This document shows positions 19,693 to 30,491 of a DNA stretch of 64,000 bases, one piece after another. The DNA comes from an uncultured Acidobacteriota bacterium (GTDB lineage Bacteria > Acidobacteriota > Terriglobia > UBA7540). Every line of letters begins with the position of its first letter. Position 1 is the first letter of the stretch. A program made the position numbers and the translations under genes. The notes under the pieces were generated by a model. The model saw only the letters and a list, made by a program, of their open reading frames with translations. It had not been told where the DNA came from and made no database searches. The stretch is from the NCBI GenBank assembly GCA_963804995.1, contig CAWDSK010000009.1:64001-128000 (forward strand), in the 5' to 3' direction.

Positions 19693-21033
19693 TCAGAGAC
19701 CACTCAAGGCTTTCTCAATTTCGTCCAAAGCAGTCTTCGGGAGTTCAGCCGGTAACGGGTCTGTCGACCTTCGCGCGTAAACGTGGTCACCGGTTTTCGC
19801 CGCCTCCACGATCTCCGTATTGTTCTTTTCTCCGGACTGAACATTGAAACGATAAGCCGGCTTGGCCAGCCCGTACTGCGCCAGGTCCCCGCCCTTGGGG
19901 AACGAATCCGCGCGCAGGTCACGCAAGCGGGTCAACAGGGTTTCCACTTTGTCGGAGGCCAGGTTCTTGGCGCTGGGAGTCGTCTGCTTCCATTGGTTCT
20001 TCTGCTGCTCGAAGACCCAGTGGCCCTTGGGAGTTTCCAATTCGACTCGCTTCGCGTCGAAGGCGGAGAAGGAAAACAGATCCTTCTCGCGTAAATCATT
20101 CTGGTCCTTCTTGAATTGGGTGACGAATTCGGAGTTGAGGGTGAACACCGGATTGAGGGCGGAGTTCATGGCAAAGTAGCGGTCGCTGTCCTTATCCTTC
20201 TTCCCGACCACAATCGTCTGCTGCCCGCCCGTGCCCGTCAATTGCAGCCGAAGTTCAGGTGAGCCGAACCCGTACTCGCCACCTTTCTTCTTGTCTTCCG
20301 CCGCAATGGTCTGCATGTTCAGGCTCCGCAACTGGCTGAGCAGGCCATCCACCGTAAAGCGGTCAGCACGCACCGAGGGGGGCAACACGAGATCCCACAC
20401 GCCCTCGGGATTCTTTTGCAAGGTCCACTGCGTGCCTTTGTAGTCCACTCCGATTTTCTGCAACTGGTCGGATTCGAGTGTCAGGGCGCGCTTGTCACGC
20501 AGATCGAAGGGTTTCTTCTCGAGAGCGGATTTCACATAAGTCGCGAGGGTGAAGACCCGCGGATTGCCTTCCACCTGCGCATACACTCCGCCACTGGTGG
20601 GCGTATCGTCACCCAGAAGCAGGGTGAGGGATTGCGGTTTGGTATCCGTGGTGACTTCCAGGGTGAAGCTGGGTGGATCAAGGCCAAAATCCTTCAAGCT
20701 GGCCGGATGCGGAGCTACAACATCCTCCACGGTCGCGGTCGTTAGACTATTCAGAACACCCGCGAAGGCGCTAGGGTCCCCCTCTAATTGGCTGGGCGCC
20801 GCGATGATCCACTTCCCGGCTTCACGGCGGCAAGTGGTGGCTTCGCCCTCCCGGGGCTTGAAAGTTATGGTCTGGATGTGCTGGCCGTCGACGGAAAAAA
20901 TCTTCTCCTGTTTGCTCGTTTCGACTTTGGGCGTCTCCTGGCTTTTGCGCTTGTCGTAATAAGTGAAAGCCGCCCACGTCGCGGACAGGATAGCCAGTGC
21001 GAACAATGTATTCAGGTATTTTGGGTTCTTCAT
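19693..21033 (-). CDS. DUF4340 domain protein (Gld-like ABC accessory)
   Basis: Repeated FGL..P / LRDK modules; operon context. Confidence 0.82.
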   Translation of the reverse strand: MKNPKYLNTLFALAILSATWAAFTYYDKRKSQETPKVETSKQEKIFSVDGQHIQTITFKPREGEATTCRREAGKWIIAAPSQLEGDPSAFAGVLNSLTTATVEDVVAPHPASLKDFGLDPPSFTLEVTTDTKPQSLTLLLGDDTPTSGGVYAQVEGNPRVFTLATYVKSALEKKPFDLRDKRALTLESDQLQKIGVDYKGTQWTLQKNPEGVWDLVLPPSVRADRFTVDGLLSQLRSLNMQTIAAEDKKKGGEYGFGSPELRLQLTGTGGQQTIVVGKKDKDSDRYFAMNSALNPVFTLNSEFVTQFKKDQNDLREKDLFSFSAFDAKRVELETPKGHWVFEQQKNQWKQTTPSAKNLASDKVETLLTRLRDLRADSFPKGGDLAQYGLAKPAYRFNVQSGEKNNTEIVEAAKTGDHVYARRSTDPLPAELPKTALDEIEKALSGL

Positions 21034-22406
21034 CGCCGTTGCCACCACACCATCACGCCGGCCACGATAATCAAAAACGGGATGCCGAAAACGCCCAGGA
21101 AGAGCACTTGGCGCATCTGCTGTGAATTCATGGTCAGGTGTTGGGAGTCCGGGGGTTTGGCCCGAATGGAGATGAGATCCTCATCCTCCGAAAGCCAGTT
21201 GATGGAATTCATGATGAAATCGCGGTTGCTTTGAAAATTCAGGAAGTTGTTGGCCGCGACTAGGGATGTCCCCAAGGCCACAAAGCGGCCCGAGATCTTT
21301 TTCTCTCCTTCACCTGGAACCGTACCTGCCGCTGCCACGGTGAGGGGGCCTTTCAGGTCCTTGCCCGGCCGGAATTCCACCTTTTCCATTTTAGGATTGA
21401 AGTTCATCACATCGAAGCTCTCCCCGGAAGTGTCGCAGAGAGAATCGGCGGTGCCACCGGCTTTGGGTTCCTTCCCGATTTCAAACGAGCGAGAGAGTGG
21501 GAAAAGCGTGGCGCGCCCCGAAAGGGGTTGCACAATGGGATTCGACCCGTACTTCACAATCAGCGGCATCGCGGGGCTGGTGCCAAAGAGTTGTGCCACA
21601 GGATTCTGGTCGATCACCAGGTCATTGCGGGCCGTCACATTCCATCCGGTTAAGAGCTTGGCCAGGTTGGGCAATTCTACGCCGGCGTCCAGCATGATGA
21701 GGGCGCGTCCCCCGCCTTGGATATATTTCTGCAGGACGTCGATCTCCGGCGGAAGATAATCGTTCTGCGGGCCGGCAATCACCACCATGGTGCAGTCTGG
21801 GGGGATGGCCATCTTCTGCATCAGCGGGACCGACTGCGTCAGGTAATTCTCGTTGCCAAGCTGTTTGCCGAAGTGGTCGTAGCCGTCGCGATCCGTGCTA
21901 TCCAGTTTGCGCTCCCCGTGCCCCTCGATAAAGCAGGCTGACCTTTGGCCCTTCAGGACGCGCACCAAGGCGTTCGTGATCCCCTCCTCGGTGTCACCCT
22001 GAGCCTCCATGTGCCGATCGCCCGCCGACACCACAATCGTTCCGTAGGTGCGGACGGCAAACTCTTTGGCCACGGCCGGCTGGCGATCCGGGTCAACGTA
22101 TTTTACTTTTACGCGGTGCGAGGCGGAAGCATACATGTCGAGCACGTCGCGGCGTTCGCCCATGCTCCGTTCCCGGTCAAATACATAAATAGCCACGTCC
22201 CGGTTCAGTTCCTTCAGGATCTTGCGGGTCTGGTCCGAGAGACTGTACTTCTTGTTGGGCGTCATGTCCCAGCGCTTGTCGTGGTGATTGACAAACCAAT
22301 TCACCAGAACGATCAGCGCCACCACGATCAGTGTGTAGAGAGCAAAGTTTGCGCCCGTGAGAACTTGCTGTCCGCTGCGGCCACTCAAGCGATCTTTCCA
22401 CGCCAT
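21030..22406 (-). CDS. GldG-like ABC-type uncharacterised transport auxiliary component
   Basis: DMTPNKKYSLSDQT, GHGE, NRDFIMNSINWL, C-terminal TM helix. Confidence 0.88.
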   Translation of the reverse strand: MAWKDRLSGRSGQQVLTGANFALYTLIVVALIVLVNWFVNHHDKRWDMTPNKKYSLSDQTRKILKELNRDVAIYVFDRERSMGERRDVLDMYASASHRVKVKYVDPDRQPAVAKEFAVRTYGTIVVSAGDRHMEAQGDTEEGITNALVRVLKGQRSACFIEGHGERKLDSTDRDGYDHFGKQLGNENYLTQSVPLMQKMAIPPDCTMVVIAGPQNDYLPPEIDVLQKYIQGGGRALIMLDAGVELPNLAKLLTGWNVTARNDLVIDQNPVAQLFGTSPAMPLIVKYGSNPIVQPLSGRATLFPLSRSFEIGKEPKAGGTADSLCDTSGESFDVMNFNPKMEKVEFRPGKDLKGPLTVAAAGTVPGEGEKKISGRFVALGTSLVAANNFLNFQSNRDFIMNSINWLSEDEDLISIRAKPPDSQHLTMNSQQMRQVLFLGVFGIPFLIIVAGVMVWWQRR

Positions 22407-22408
22407 GG

Positions 22409-23188
22409 TTACGGCCTCCCTTTCAAGGCTTCCATCGAGCGCGCGGTCAGGAATATTCCCAGGATGATGACCGAGAGGTAATACACAACGTCGCTCAATT
22501 GAATTACACCCTTTGAGAAATTGTCAAAATGGGTGGTTAACGCAAGATAGGACATGACCTGCCCAAATGTACTCTGGGAGTAAGCGCTGACCCAGTCCAG
22601 CAGATAGAGCAACAGGAAAGCTGCCATGCCCACTGCACCGGCGATGATCTGGTTCTTGGTAAAGGTTGAAATCCACATGCCGAGCGCCAGAAGCGCCGAT
22701 CCGTAGAGAAGGATCCCGAGGGCATTCCCAATAAGCGGTTTGACATTGGGATTGCCGTAGATGAACAGAACTATGAAATAAACAAACGTCAACGCTTCCA
22801 GAATCACAAACATGGTCAAAGCGCCGAGAAACTTCCCCAGGATGATTTCCAGATCGGTGAGCGGGAACGTCAGCAAAAGCTCAATCGTTCCGGAGCGCTT
22901 CTCTTCCGCGAAGAGCCGCATGGTAATCAGGGGAATCAAGAACAGCAGCACCACCGTGAGCACCCCGCCCAGAATGGGACGGATGATGTTTTCGTTCAGG
23001 CTCATGGGCGGCGCTCCCATCCCCCCCATGGCCTGCATGCGGAAGGATTGGATAACAAAGAACGCCGTGGAACTATAGAAGACAAAACCGCAAATAGCGG
23101 TGTACACCGTCATCACCAAATAGGCGATGGGCGAGTGAAAGTAAGCTCGCATTTCCTTGCCTGCTACTGCCAGAACATTGCGCAACAT
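22409..23188 (-). CDS. ABC-2 type permease (GldF-like)
   Basis: KEMRAYFHSPIAY, MRLFAEEKRSGTIELLLT. Confidence 0.9.
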   Translation of the reverse strand: MLRNVLAVAGKEMRAYFHSPIAYLVMTVYTAICGFVFYSSTAFFVIQSFRMQAMGGMGAPPMSLNENIIRPILGGVLTVVLLFLIPLITMRLFAEEKRSGTIELLLTFPLTDLEIILGKFLGALTMFVILEALTFVYFIVLFIYGNPNVKPLIGNALGILLYGSALLALGMWISTFTKNQIIAGAVGMAAFLLLYLLDWVSAYSQSTFGQVMSYLALTTHFDNFSKGVIQLSDVVYYLSVIILGIFLTARSMEALKGRP

Positions 23189-23205
23189 GCGAATCCTCTC
23201 TTAAA

Positions 23206-24181
23206 TCAGTTCGCCGCCTTCGAGGCTTCCGCCGCGGCTTCCTCGCTGACGTCTTTAGTAGTGAGCTGCAAGAAGATCTCTTCCAGGCTTAAGCCACTGG
23301 TCTTCAATTCGAAGAGTTTCCAGCCGGATTCCACCACGACTCGCGCCAACTCAGCGCGCACGTCCTGGTCCTTCTCCGAGTGCACTTCCAAAGTCACCTT
23401 GCCGTCGCTGGAGTCCCGCGGCTCGAACCCAGTTCACGCCGCCCACTCTTTGAAACTTCTCAATGATCTCCGCCGCCGGACCTTCCGCGGTCACCAGCAG
23501 CGTTGAGAACCCCTGCAAGCGCCGCATGAGCTCATCCGGCGTCCCCACCGCCACAATCTGCCCCGCGTTGATCACCACGACGCGCTGGCAGGTCTTCGAA
23601 ACTTCCGGCAGGATGTGGGTACTCAGGATGACCGTGTGCTGTCCAGCCAGTCTCTTGATCAGTTCGCGGGTCTCAATGATCTGCTTGGGATCAAGGCCGG
23701 CCGTCGGTTCGTCCAGCACCAGCACATCGGGATTGTGAATCAGCGCCTGCGCCAATCCCACCCGTTGCCGGTATCCTTTGGAGAGCTTTCCGATCTGGCG
23801 CCGGCGGACGTCGGTGATTGCACACTTTTCATCCACTTCGGCCAGTCGAGCCTTTATATCACGGTGCGATACACCTTTGATTCGCGCCACGAAGGCCAGG
23901 TACTCGTCCACGGTCATGTCCGGATACACCGGAGGAGTTTCCGGCAGATAGCCCGTGCGCCGCTTTGCCTCCAAGGGATCCTCCACCACGTCGTAGCCTG
24001 CGACCAGAACCTTCCCTTGCGTGGGGGGGAGAAACCCCGTGATCACGCGCATGGTCGTGGTCTTCCCGGCGCCGTTGGGGCCGAGAAAACCCAGGATCTC
24101 ACCTTTCTGCACCGTGAAGCTCAGGTCGGAAACGGCCACGGTGGGTCCGTAGCGCTTCGTAAGATTCTCTACTTCGATCAT
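23206..24181 (-). CDS. ABC transporter ATP-binding protein (GldA-like); one extra base near 23426
   Basis: GPNGAGKT, LSKGYRQR, LDEPT; removing one T in GTTCGAG restores ...NWVEPRDSSDGKVTLEV. Confidence 0.88.
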
Positions 24182-24593
24182 GTAAAGCCACCCTTCCTGC
24201 TTCCGAGGATTACCGGATGCCTCAATCTCCCCAGGCAAATCTGTTGACGCTGTTCAAATGAAGATTGCGCAACCAAGCGGATCGTTCCTGCCTAAAGCAG
24301 CCCGGCCCTCTGGGGATATGAACGCGGCCCGAACTAATAAGAATTACCAGAAAACCCGCATGGTTGCCAAGGGGTTTGATGAGGCGTCGTGGGTCAGCTT
24401 GGTGTAGAGGCGGCTTTAGGCCGCCATTTGGCGAGGTAAACTCGCCGCTACAGAAACATCGAACTCAGACCCTACCCAGCCCTGATGAGGGTTGGCGGTT
24501 TGCCCCGGATGCGTTACGATGCTGGGTCCGGTGGGCAGGAGTCCAATCTTCAGCAAAATAGCCAGCCACCGGCACATATGGGGAGGGGGCGAA

Positions 24594-25349
24594 ATGGTAC
24601 TCAGGGGACAAGTGGCTTTAATTACGGGGGCGTCCACGGGGATCGGACGCGCTACGGCAGAAGCGATGGCGCGCGAAGGTGCGCGCGTGGGAGTGAACTA
24701 CCACAAGAGTCAAGCTGCGGCGGAAGAGGCTGTCGCAGCCATCCGCGCCGCAGGCGGCGAAGCTATTGCCATCCACGCGGACGTGACACGCTCCGGCGAC
24801 GTTCAGGAGATGGTGGCAGCGGTCCGTAGGCAGTGGGGGCGTATCGACATCCTGGTGAATAACGCCGGCGACCTGGTGGGACGGCGCTCGCTCGCTGAAA
24901 TGACCGAGGAGTATTGGGACCAGGTTATGAACCTGAACCTGAAAAGCGTCTACTTCTGCGTCAAAGCCGTGTGGGAAGAAATGGTCGCGCGCGAGAGCGG
25001 CTGTATTATCAACCTCACCTCCATCGCCGCCCGCAGTGGCGGGGGCCCCGGCGTCGCAACCTACTCCGCGGCGAAAGGCGGGTTATTGTCGTACACGAAG
25101 GGGCTGGCCAAGGAACTTGCCCCGCACGGAGTTCGCGTGAATTCGGTTTCGCCGGGTGTGATCCTGACCCCGTTCCATGAGCGTCACAGTACGCTTGAAT
25201 TTATGCGAAAAATGGTGGCGACGATTCCTATGGGCCGCGCCGGCATCTCGGAGGAAGTCGCGGACGTGATCGTGTTTCTGGCTTCACCCGCGGCACGGTA
25301 TATCACCGGTGAGACGGTGGAAGTGAACGGCGGACAATTGATGGATTAA
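24594..25349 (+). CDS. SDR family oxidoreductase
   Basis: TGASTGIG, NNAG, YSAAK. Confidence 0.93.
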   Translation: MVLRGQVALITGASTGIGRATAEAMAREGARVGVNYHKSQAAAEEAVAAIRAAGGEAIAIHADVTRSGDVQEMVAAVRRQWGRIDILVNNAGDLVGRRSLAEMTEEYWDQVMNLNLKSVYFCVKAVWEEMVARESGCIINLTSIAARSGGGPGVATYSAAKGGLLSYTKGLAKELAPHGVRVNSVSPGVILTPFHERHSTLEFMRKMVATIPMGRAGISEEVADVIVFLASPAARYITGETVEVNGGQLMD

Positions 25350-25597
25350 GGCAAGTAATCGTAGCGCGGCTTTCCCCTTCGTCCGCAGCGCGAGTTATTG
25401 AGCAGGGCGGAAGACGCCAGGGACACGGCTGGCCAAGCCCGGCGCGCAAACCGTTCAACCCTCCTGCCACCCCGTTCGCAGGAAGATTTTGAAAGTCTGG
25501 TGAAAACGGTTGACTTGGTACAAGCCAATCCTTAACCTGTGCGACGGAGTATAGGTGCGCAGACTGCCCGAGGGCAGTCTTTTAGTTGGCCATCTAG

Positions 25598-25614
25598 TTG
25601 CGACTCAGTCGCAA
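25598..25614. promoter_or_regulatory. 8-1-8 palindrome TTGCGACT-C-AGTCGCAA, candidate Fur-family operator
   Basis: Perfect inverted repeat 16 bp upstream of the fur-family start. Confidence 0.65.
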
Positions 25615-25630
25615 GTGTGAGGAAAAAGGA

Positions 25631-26119
25631 ATGAGGCTGATACACCGCAATCCCCTGCTGGAGCAGGTCTCCTCGAGCGGAGTTCGGCTTACCCGCCAAC
25701 GCCGCGTGTTAATTGAAGCACTTCAGGGCGCGGAAGAACACGTCGATGCCGCCGCGCTTCTGGAACTGGCAAGAAAACGCGATCCCCGGATCAATCGCGC
25801 CACGGTCTATCGAACTCTGGACGTGCTCAAGAAGCTCCGTTTAATTGACGAGTTGGATTTGATGCACCTGCAAGGGGAGAAGCACTATTTCGAGCCGCGC
25901 ACCATCCGCGACCACTGTCATCTCGCTTGCTTCCGCTGCGGTTCCATCGTGGAATACGCGAGCCCGGCCTTTGAGGCACTGAAGTCGGAAATCGCGACCG
26001 AGAACAGTTTTCAGGTGGAAGTGATCCGGCTGGAGCTAGGAGGGGTTTGCAGACAATGTCGCGAGGTGGAAAACCGTCGCGGGAAACACCAACCGAAGAT
26101 CGGTGGTGGGTTAATTTGA
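25631..26119 (+). CDS. Fur family transcriptional regulator
   Basis: RLTRQR, ATVYRTL, HCHLACFRCG, GVCRQC. Confidence 0.92.
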   Translation: MRLIHRNPLLEQVSSSGVRLTRQRRVLIEALQGAEEHVDAAALLELARKRDPRINRATVYRTLDVLKKLRLIDELDLMHLQGEKHYFEPRTIRDHCHLACFRCGSIVEYASPAFEALKSEIATENSFQVEVIRLELGGVCRQCREVENRRGKHQPKIGGGLI

Positions 26120-26305
26120 CGTCGTAGCGGCGAGTTTACCTCGCCATTTAAAATTCGAAGAAAAGTAAGTGAAGTAGCACCATGAAGCCGGTCCCCACAG
26201 TGAACCTTTGGCCAAGGGCTGCGGGGACCGGAAATCGACAACCCGGAGGGCTGGCGATACACCCGTATTCTAGGTGCGCCAGCCAGGGTTTATCAAGGAG
26301 ATTGG

Positions 26306-27313
26306 ATGGCTGGACACCGCTTACACTTCTCTCACGTGTTGCTGCCAGTCGGCGCCCCCAGGATCAAGGGATTGCTTTCGGTTTCTTGCCTGGGAACTTC
26401 CAGACTGAGAAAGCTAACGTGGAGCCCCGTCGCCCACACAGGTTTTCTTCTTTCGCTGGTATTTCTGTTCTCTTTCGTTTTCCACGTGCAGGCTTTCGCT
26501 CAGGAAAGCCCTTACATCGTGACCTACGATCATTACCTCGAGGAGCCCGGAAATCTTGAGGTGGAGTATTTCTCCACAGTGGGTACGCAACGCGCCGGCA
26601 ACGGCTTCCATGCCTTCTGGGTTGAACTCGAGTATGGCGCCAGGGCCTGGTGGACTACCGAGTTTTATTTCGACGGACAAACGACCTTGCACGACAGCAC
26701 CCTCTTCACGGGCTTTCGCTGGGAAAACCGCTTTCGTCCGCTCGAACGGGAGCATTTCATCAATCCCGTGATCTATATTGAGTACGAGCAGATCAGCGAG
26801 GCGGACAAGATCATCAAGGAAGTTGAAGGCCACGACGTCGAATCCGATCACGCCGATCCCAACTCCGTCCTACGCCAGGGGCACGACCACGAATTGGAAT
26901 TCAAGCTGCTCCTCTCGAAGACGTTCCAGGGCTGGAATGTTGCCCTGAACCCACTCGCCACCAAAAACCTTTCACCCAGTAATCCCTGGGAATTTGGTTA
27001 TGCCCTGGGTGCAAGCCGTCCACTGGCGCTGAAGGCATCCCCACGCCATTGCAAATTCTGCCGTGAGAATTTCATCGTCGGAGCCGAGTTGTACGGCGGT
27101 CTGGGCGACACCGAAAGTTATGGCCTGCACGACACATCCCATTATCTTGCGCCCGTGGCGGCGTGGAATCTTCCCTCGGGCTGGACCCTTCGCTTGTCGC
27201 CCGGATTCGGGCTGAACGACAACAGTCATCGCTTGCTCTTGCGCTGGAGCGTCTCGCGGGAATTCTCGGGCTTCGGGGAGATGATCAGCCAACTGTTTGG
27301 AGGCCGCCCATGA
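26306..27313 (+). CDS. putative outer-membrane beta-barrel protein (start uncertain)
   Basis: Signal-like segment ending AFAQ, alternating beta strands, ELEYG motif; His-rich loop. Confidence 0.7.
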   Translation: MAGHRLHFSHVLLPVGAPRIKGLLSVSCLGTSRLRKLTWSPVAHTGFLLSLVFLFSFVFHVQAFAQESPYIVTYDHYLEEPGNLEVEYFSTVGTQRAGNGFHAFWVELEYGARAWWTTEFYFDGQTTLHDSTLFTGFRWENRFRPLEREHFINPVIYIEYEQISEADKIIKEVEGHDVESDHADPNSVLRQGHDHELEFKLLLSKTFQGWNVALNPLATKNLSPSNPWEFGYALGASRPLALKASPRHCKFCRENFIVGAELYGGLGDTESYGLHDTSHYLAPVAAWNLPSGWTLRLSPGFGLNDNSHRLLLRWSVSREFSGFGEMISQLFGGRP

Positions 27314-27765
27314 AGATCCATCCTGTATTCCCTCAACCCACCAGATGGATGCCGCGGGTAATGGCAGGTCTATTGATTCTCAATGTGGTACTGGCCTTGG
27401 CCCGGGCTGAAAACCCGGCTGCGCCCAAGACCCCAAGGGGGGATTACACCGTGCTGACGAAAGTTCCTTCGAAAGCGCGGGCCCGGCCGAACCCCCTGGA
27501 AGGCGACCCTGATGCGGTGACCGCAGGCAGAAAGCTCTTCGAGCAGCATTGTTCCGAGTGCCACGGGAAAGATGCTGCGGGCGGGAAGCGAGGTCCAAAG
27601 CTGCGTGGACTGACGGCGCAAGAAGCGACGCCGGGTGCGCTGTTCTTTGTTCTTACAAACGGAGTTGTCCGGCGCGGCATGCCCGACTGGTCGAAGCTGC
27701 CGGAACCGGAGCGCTGGCAGATCGTCAGCTTTCTGGAATCGTTGCGTGAATCGCCGGGGCGATAG
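27310..27765 (+). CDS. c-type cytochrome
   Basis: NPLEG, CSECHG, GMPDW; ATGA overlap with the upstream gene. Confidence 0.88.
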   Translation: MKIHPVFPQPTRWMPRVMAGLLILNVVLALARAENPAAPKTPRGDYTVLTKVPSKARARPNPLEGDPDAVTAGRKLFEQHCSECHGKDAAGGKRGPKLRGLTAQEATPGALFFVLTNGVVRRGMPDWSKLPEPERWQIVSFLESLRESPGR

Positions 27766-27814
27766 TTCCCAGAGCCCGAACGCGACGGAGGCGCTTCCTC
27801 AAGGTGTCTACTTA

Positions 27815-28723
27815 GAGCTTATCCGTAAATACTTATTGAAGTCTGCTGCAATTTGATGCATGATTATGACCCAAGATGCCGCAGATAAAATCTTGGGAAG
27901 TATCCGACGAGTTTTGGGTGAAAGTCGAACCGCTGATTCCGGTTCGACAGCGGTCGAAAGGCCGAAAGTATAGGCGGAAGCCGGGGGGTGGGAGGAAGCC
28001 AATGCCGGCGCGCCGGATCTTCTCGGCCATTGTGTATGTGCTGCGCACGGGATGTCAGTGGAAGGCCTTGCCCAAGGAATTCGGCAGCGCCAGCGCGGTC
28101 CACAAGCATTTTCAACAGTGGCACCGGGCGGGTTTCTTTCTGGCGCTCTGGCGGTCGGGGCTGGCCGAGTACGATGAGCTGGAGGGCATTGCCTGGGACT
28201 GGCAAAGCATCGACGGAGCGATGGTGAAAGCCCCGCTGGCCTTGACTTGTGTGGGACCCAATCCCACCGATCGGGGAAAAAAATGGGCGCAAGCGAAGTT
28301 TGTTAGTCGACGGGCGTGGCGTCCCACTATCGCTCGCCGTCAGCGGAGCCAACCTGCATGATGTGAAGCTGCTGGCCACCACCCTCGACCAGGTGGTGAG
28401 AGCGCGACCGGCACCGCGACCGAGAAAGCCCCAGCACCTTTGCGCCGATGCCGGTTACAAGGGATCCCGCGCTCGGCAAGCGGCCACGAACCGCCACTAC
28501 CGGCCGCATATCAAGCAACAGCGAGAAGAGATGGAAGCAAAACGTATCGTCCCCGGTTACAAGGCTCGCCGATGGGTGGTCGAGCGGACCCATTCCTGGC
28601 TCAACCGATACCGCAAGGTGTTGGTGAGCTTTGAAAAGACCGAGGAAAGCTACGTCGCCCTACTAACCTTAGCCGCGGCCATGATCTGCTGGCGACAGAC
28701 AATTATTATTTACGGATAAGCTC
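27815..28723 (+). mobile_element. IS5 family (IS1031/IS427-like) insertion sequence, 909 bp
   Basis: Perfect 17-bp TIR GAGCTTATCCGTAAATA; TTA duplication at 27812-27814 and 28724-28726. Confidence 0.93.
27876..28719 (+). CDS. IS5 family transposase, -1 programmed frameshift at GGGGAAAAAAA 28273-28283
   Basis: orfA YVLRTGCQW...SIDGAMVKAP...NPTDRGK joined to orfB KRSLLVDGRG...ADAGY...RWVVERTHSW. Confidence 0.9.
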
Positions 28724-29026
28724 TTAGTGCCCGCTTCCTGACGGCGCGCTGGCGCGTGCAACGCCTTGCCGGACGATCGCCGGAGGGGAGCGGAACGGGT
28801 CGGGGGGAATTTCCTCGCCATCTTTCACCAAGGCCCGGAGGTGGCAGCGAACCGCGTCTTCCGCCATCTCGCGCGCTTCCGCAATGGTCCGGCCATAGGT
28901 CACGATTCCGGGCAGCGCCGGAACAATAACCTGGTACCCGCCCTCCAAGAGCCCTTCGTAGATGACCGTGTACCCGTGCTGGGCAGAAACGACTTGCTTG
29001 CGAAGCTTGGCGTGGGTTCGCGGCAT
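28724..29026 (-). CDS. HicB family antitoxin (orphan)
   Basis: YTVIYE...GGYQVIVPALPGIVTYGRTIAEAREMAEDA. Confidence 0.85.
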   Translation of the reverse strand: MPRTHAKLRKQVVSAQHGYTVIYEGLLEGGYQVIVPALPGIVTYGRTIAEAREMAEDAVRCHLRALVKDGEEIPPDPFRSPPAIVRQGVARASAPSGSGH

Positions 29027-29246
29027 GGACTTTGGCCCCTCCTCGCGTATTCTAGCACGATGTCAACGTTGGTGCGTGGGCAGGGGAGCCCAGCGGTCTA
29101 TCGGTCGACCGCATCACCCTGCCCGCCGATCCTCGCACGCGGATTTGAGGCGATGCGAAAAGAGGGAAATGCCGAAGGGGAGAGCCGCTGAGGAGCGCAA
29201 AATACGCGCACCTCATCGCTACCCCAACACGACCTCCGCGGTACCC

Positions 29247-29376
29247 GGTTCACATATTCGCGGATCGCTTCCGTCGCCACAAACGAGCGGCTGCGGCGCT
29301 GCGACTTCGCCAAACGGTCCAGCCGTTCCCGCAGTTCAGGCTCCAAGCGTACGGTCACTACCGGGGTGGTCGCCAT
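29247..29376 (-). pseudogene. truncated ribbon-helix-helix (CopG/RelB-like) antitoxin
   Basis: VTVRLEPELRERLDRLAKSQRRSRSFVATEAIREYVN, then the frame enters REP-like sequence. Confidence 0.7.
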
Positions 29377-29539
29377 GATGCACTCCTAACACAACCGAAT
29401 ACACGTGATTCTACCATGTCCAAAAGAGGCGGGAAAAGGACTTGCGCACCTACCAACTCGTACACTGCCAGCGCCCCTAACTAGGAACTCCCGGTGGATT
29501 CCCCGGCATTGTTAATAAGGAAACGTGGGGACAAGGAAA

Positions 29540-29565
29540 TGGACTGCACCCCAAAACTGAGACAG
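29540..29565 (+). mobile_element. orphan IS3-family-like terminal repeat
   Basis: TGGACTGCACCCCAAAACTGAGACA resembles IS3/IS150-group ends; no transposase follows. Confidence 0.45.
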
Positions 29566-29681
29566 AGAAAATGGTGAAATAGGTGACTTTCCCCGCTGGT
29601 TCTTAACATTCATCTTTAGGGGAAGGAAATGGTACCTTATACTGTTTCATCCTTGCTAGGCGGGAGGGCGGCACGACGGAC

Positions 29682-29966
29682 ATGGAACCCGTTTTTCGCT
29701 GGCATCCCAAGAAAGCACGGTCCAACTTACGCAAGCACGGTGTTTCGTTTGAGGAGGCCGCCTCGGTGTTTCGAGACACCCTTTCGGTCACGATTGCCGA
29801 CCCTTTGCACTCGGGCGAGGAGGATCGATTTGTGACCATTGGGCAGTCTGCCCGGAACAGGACCTTAGTTGTGGTACATTTAGAAGTTGCGGACCAGATT
29901 CGAATCATCAGCGCAAGAACTGCCACACCACGGGAACGGAGCAACTATGAGGAAGGGTCGCTCTAA
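29682..29966 (+). CDS. BrnT family toxin
   Basis: FRWHPKKARSNLRKHGVSFEEA...EDRF...IRIISAR. Confidence 0.92.
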   Translation: MEPVFRWHPKKARSNLRKHGVSFEEAASVFRDTLSVTIADPLHSGEEDRFVTIGQSARNRTLVVVHLEVADQIRIISARTATPRERSNYEEGSL

Positions 29967-30186
29967 TCGGAATTCCGAAGAGATGTTGCCGGAATATGAC
30001 TTTTCCCGCGGGGTACGCGGGAAATATGCCGACCGGTTTACAAAAGAGACGATCATGGTGGTACTTGACCCTGACGTAGCCGCGATATTTCCCGACCGGA
30101 AGTCGGTCAACACGGCCCTGAGGGCTCTCGGCCAGGTCGTCCGCGACCGCCAACGGGCTTCGGCACGCCGCCGCGCCACCGGGTGA
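29947..30186 (+). CDS. BrnA-like antitoxin
   Basis: MLPEYDFSRGVRGKY...LDPDVAAIFPDRKSVNTALR. Confidence 0.85.
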   Translation: MRKGRSNRNSEEMLPEYDFSRGVRGKYADRFTKETIMVVLDPDVAAIFPDRKSVNTALRALGQVVRDRQRASARRRATG

Positions 30187-30491
30187 GGGCAAAAGCGCGA
30201 GACGCAAGCTGGTCGGCAGCTCCTGGCCCGAGCGCTGGGAGTTCATTCCCACCAGCTCTTCTCTTGAATCTTGAATCGCTCTCCACTCCCTCGGGGCTCT
30301 TCCAGCTTTTGCCAAAGGTTTTGATGGATTATGGCGCTGGCTGGGGAAATCGCACGAACCGTGACGGCACTACTCCGCCGGTTCTTAACATTCATCTTGG
30401 GGAGAAGAACGGTACCGGATACCGATTCATCCCCCGGAACTAATTCAAGGCTTAATGCAAACGGATTTCCCATGGATGTCAGTCAAGAGCA

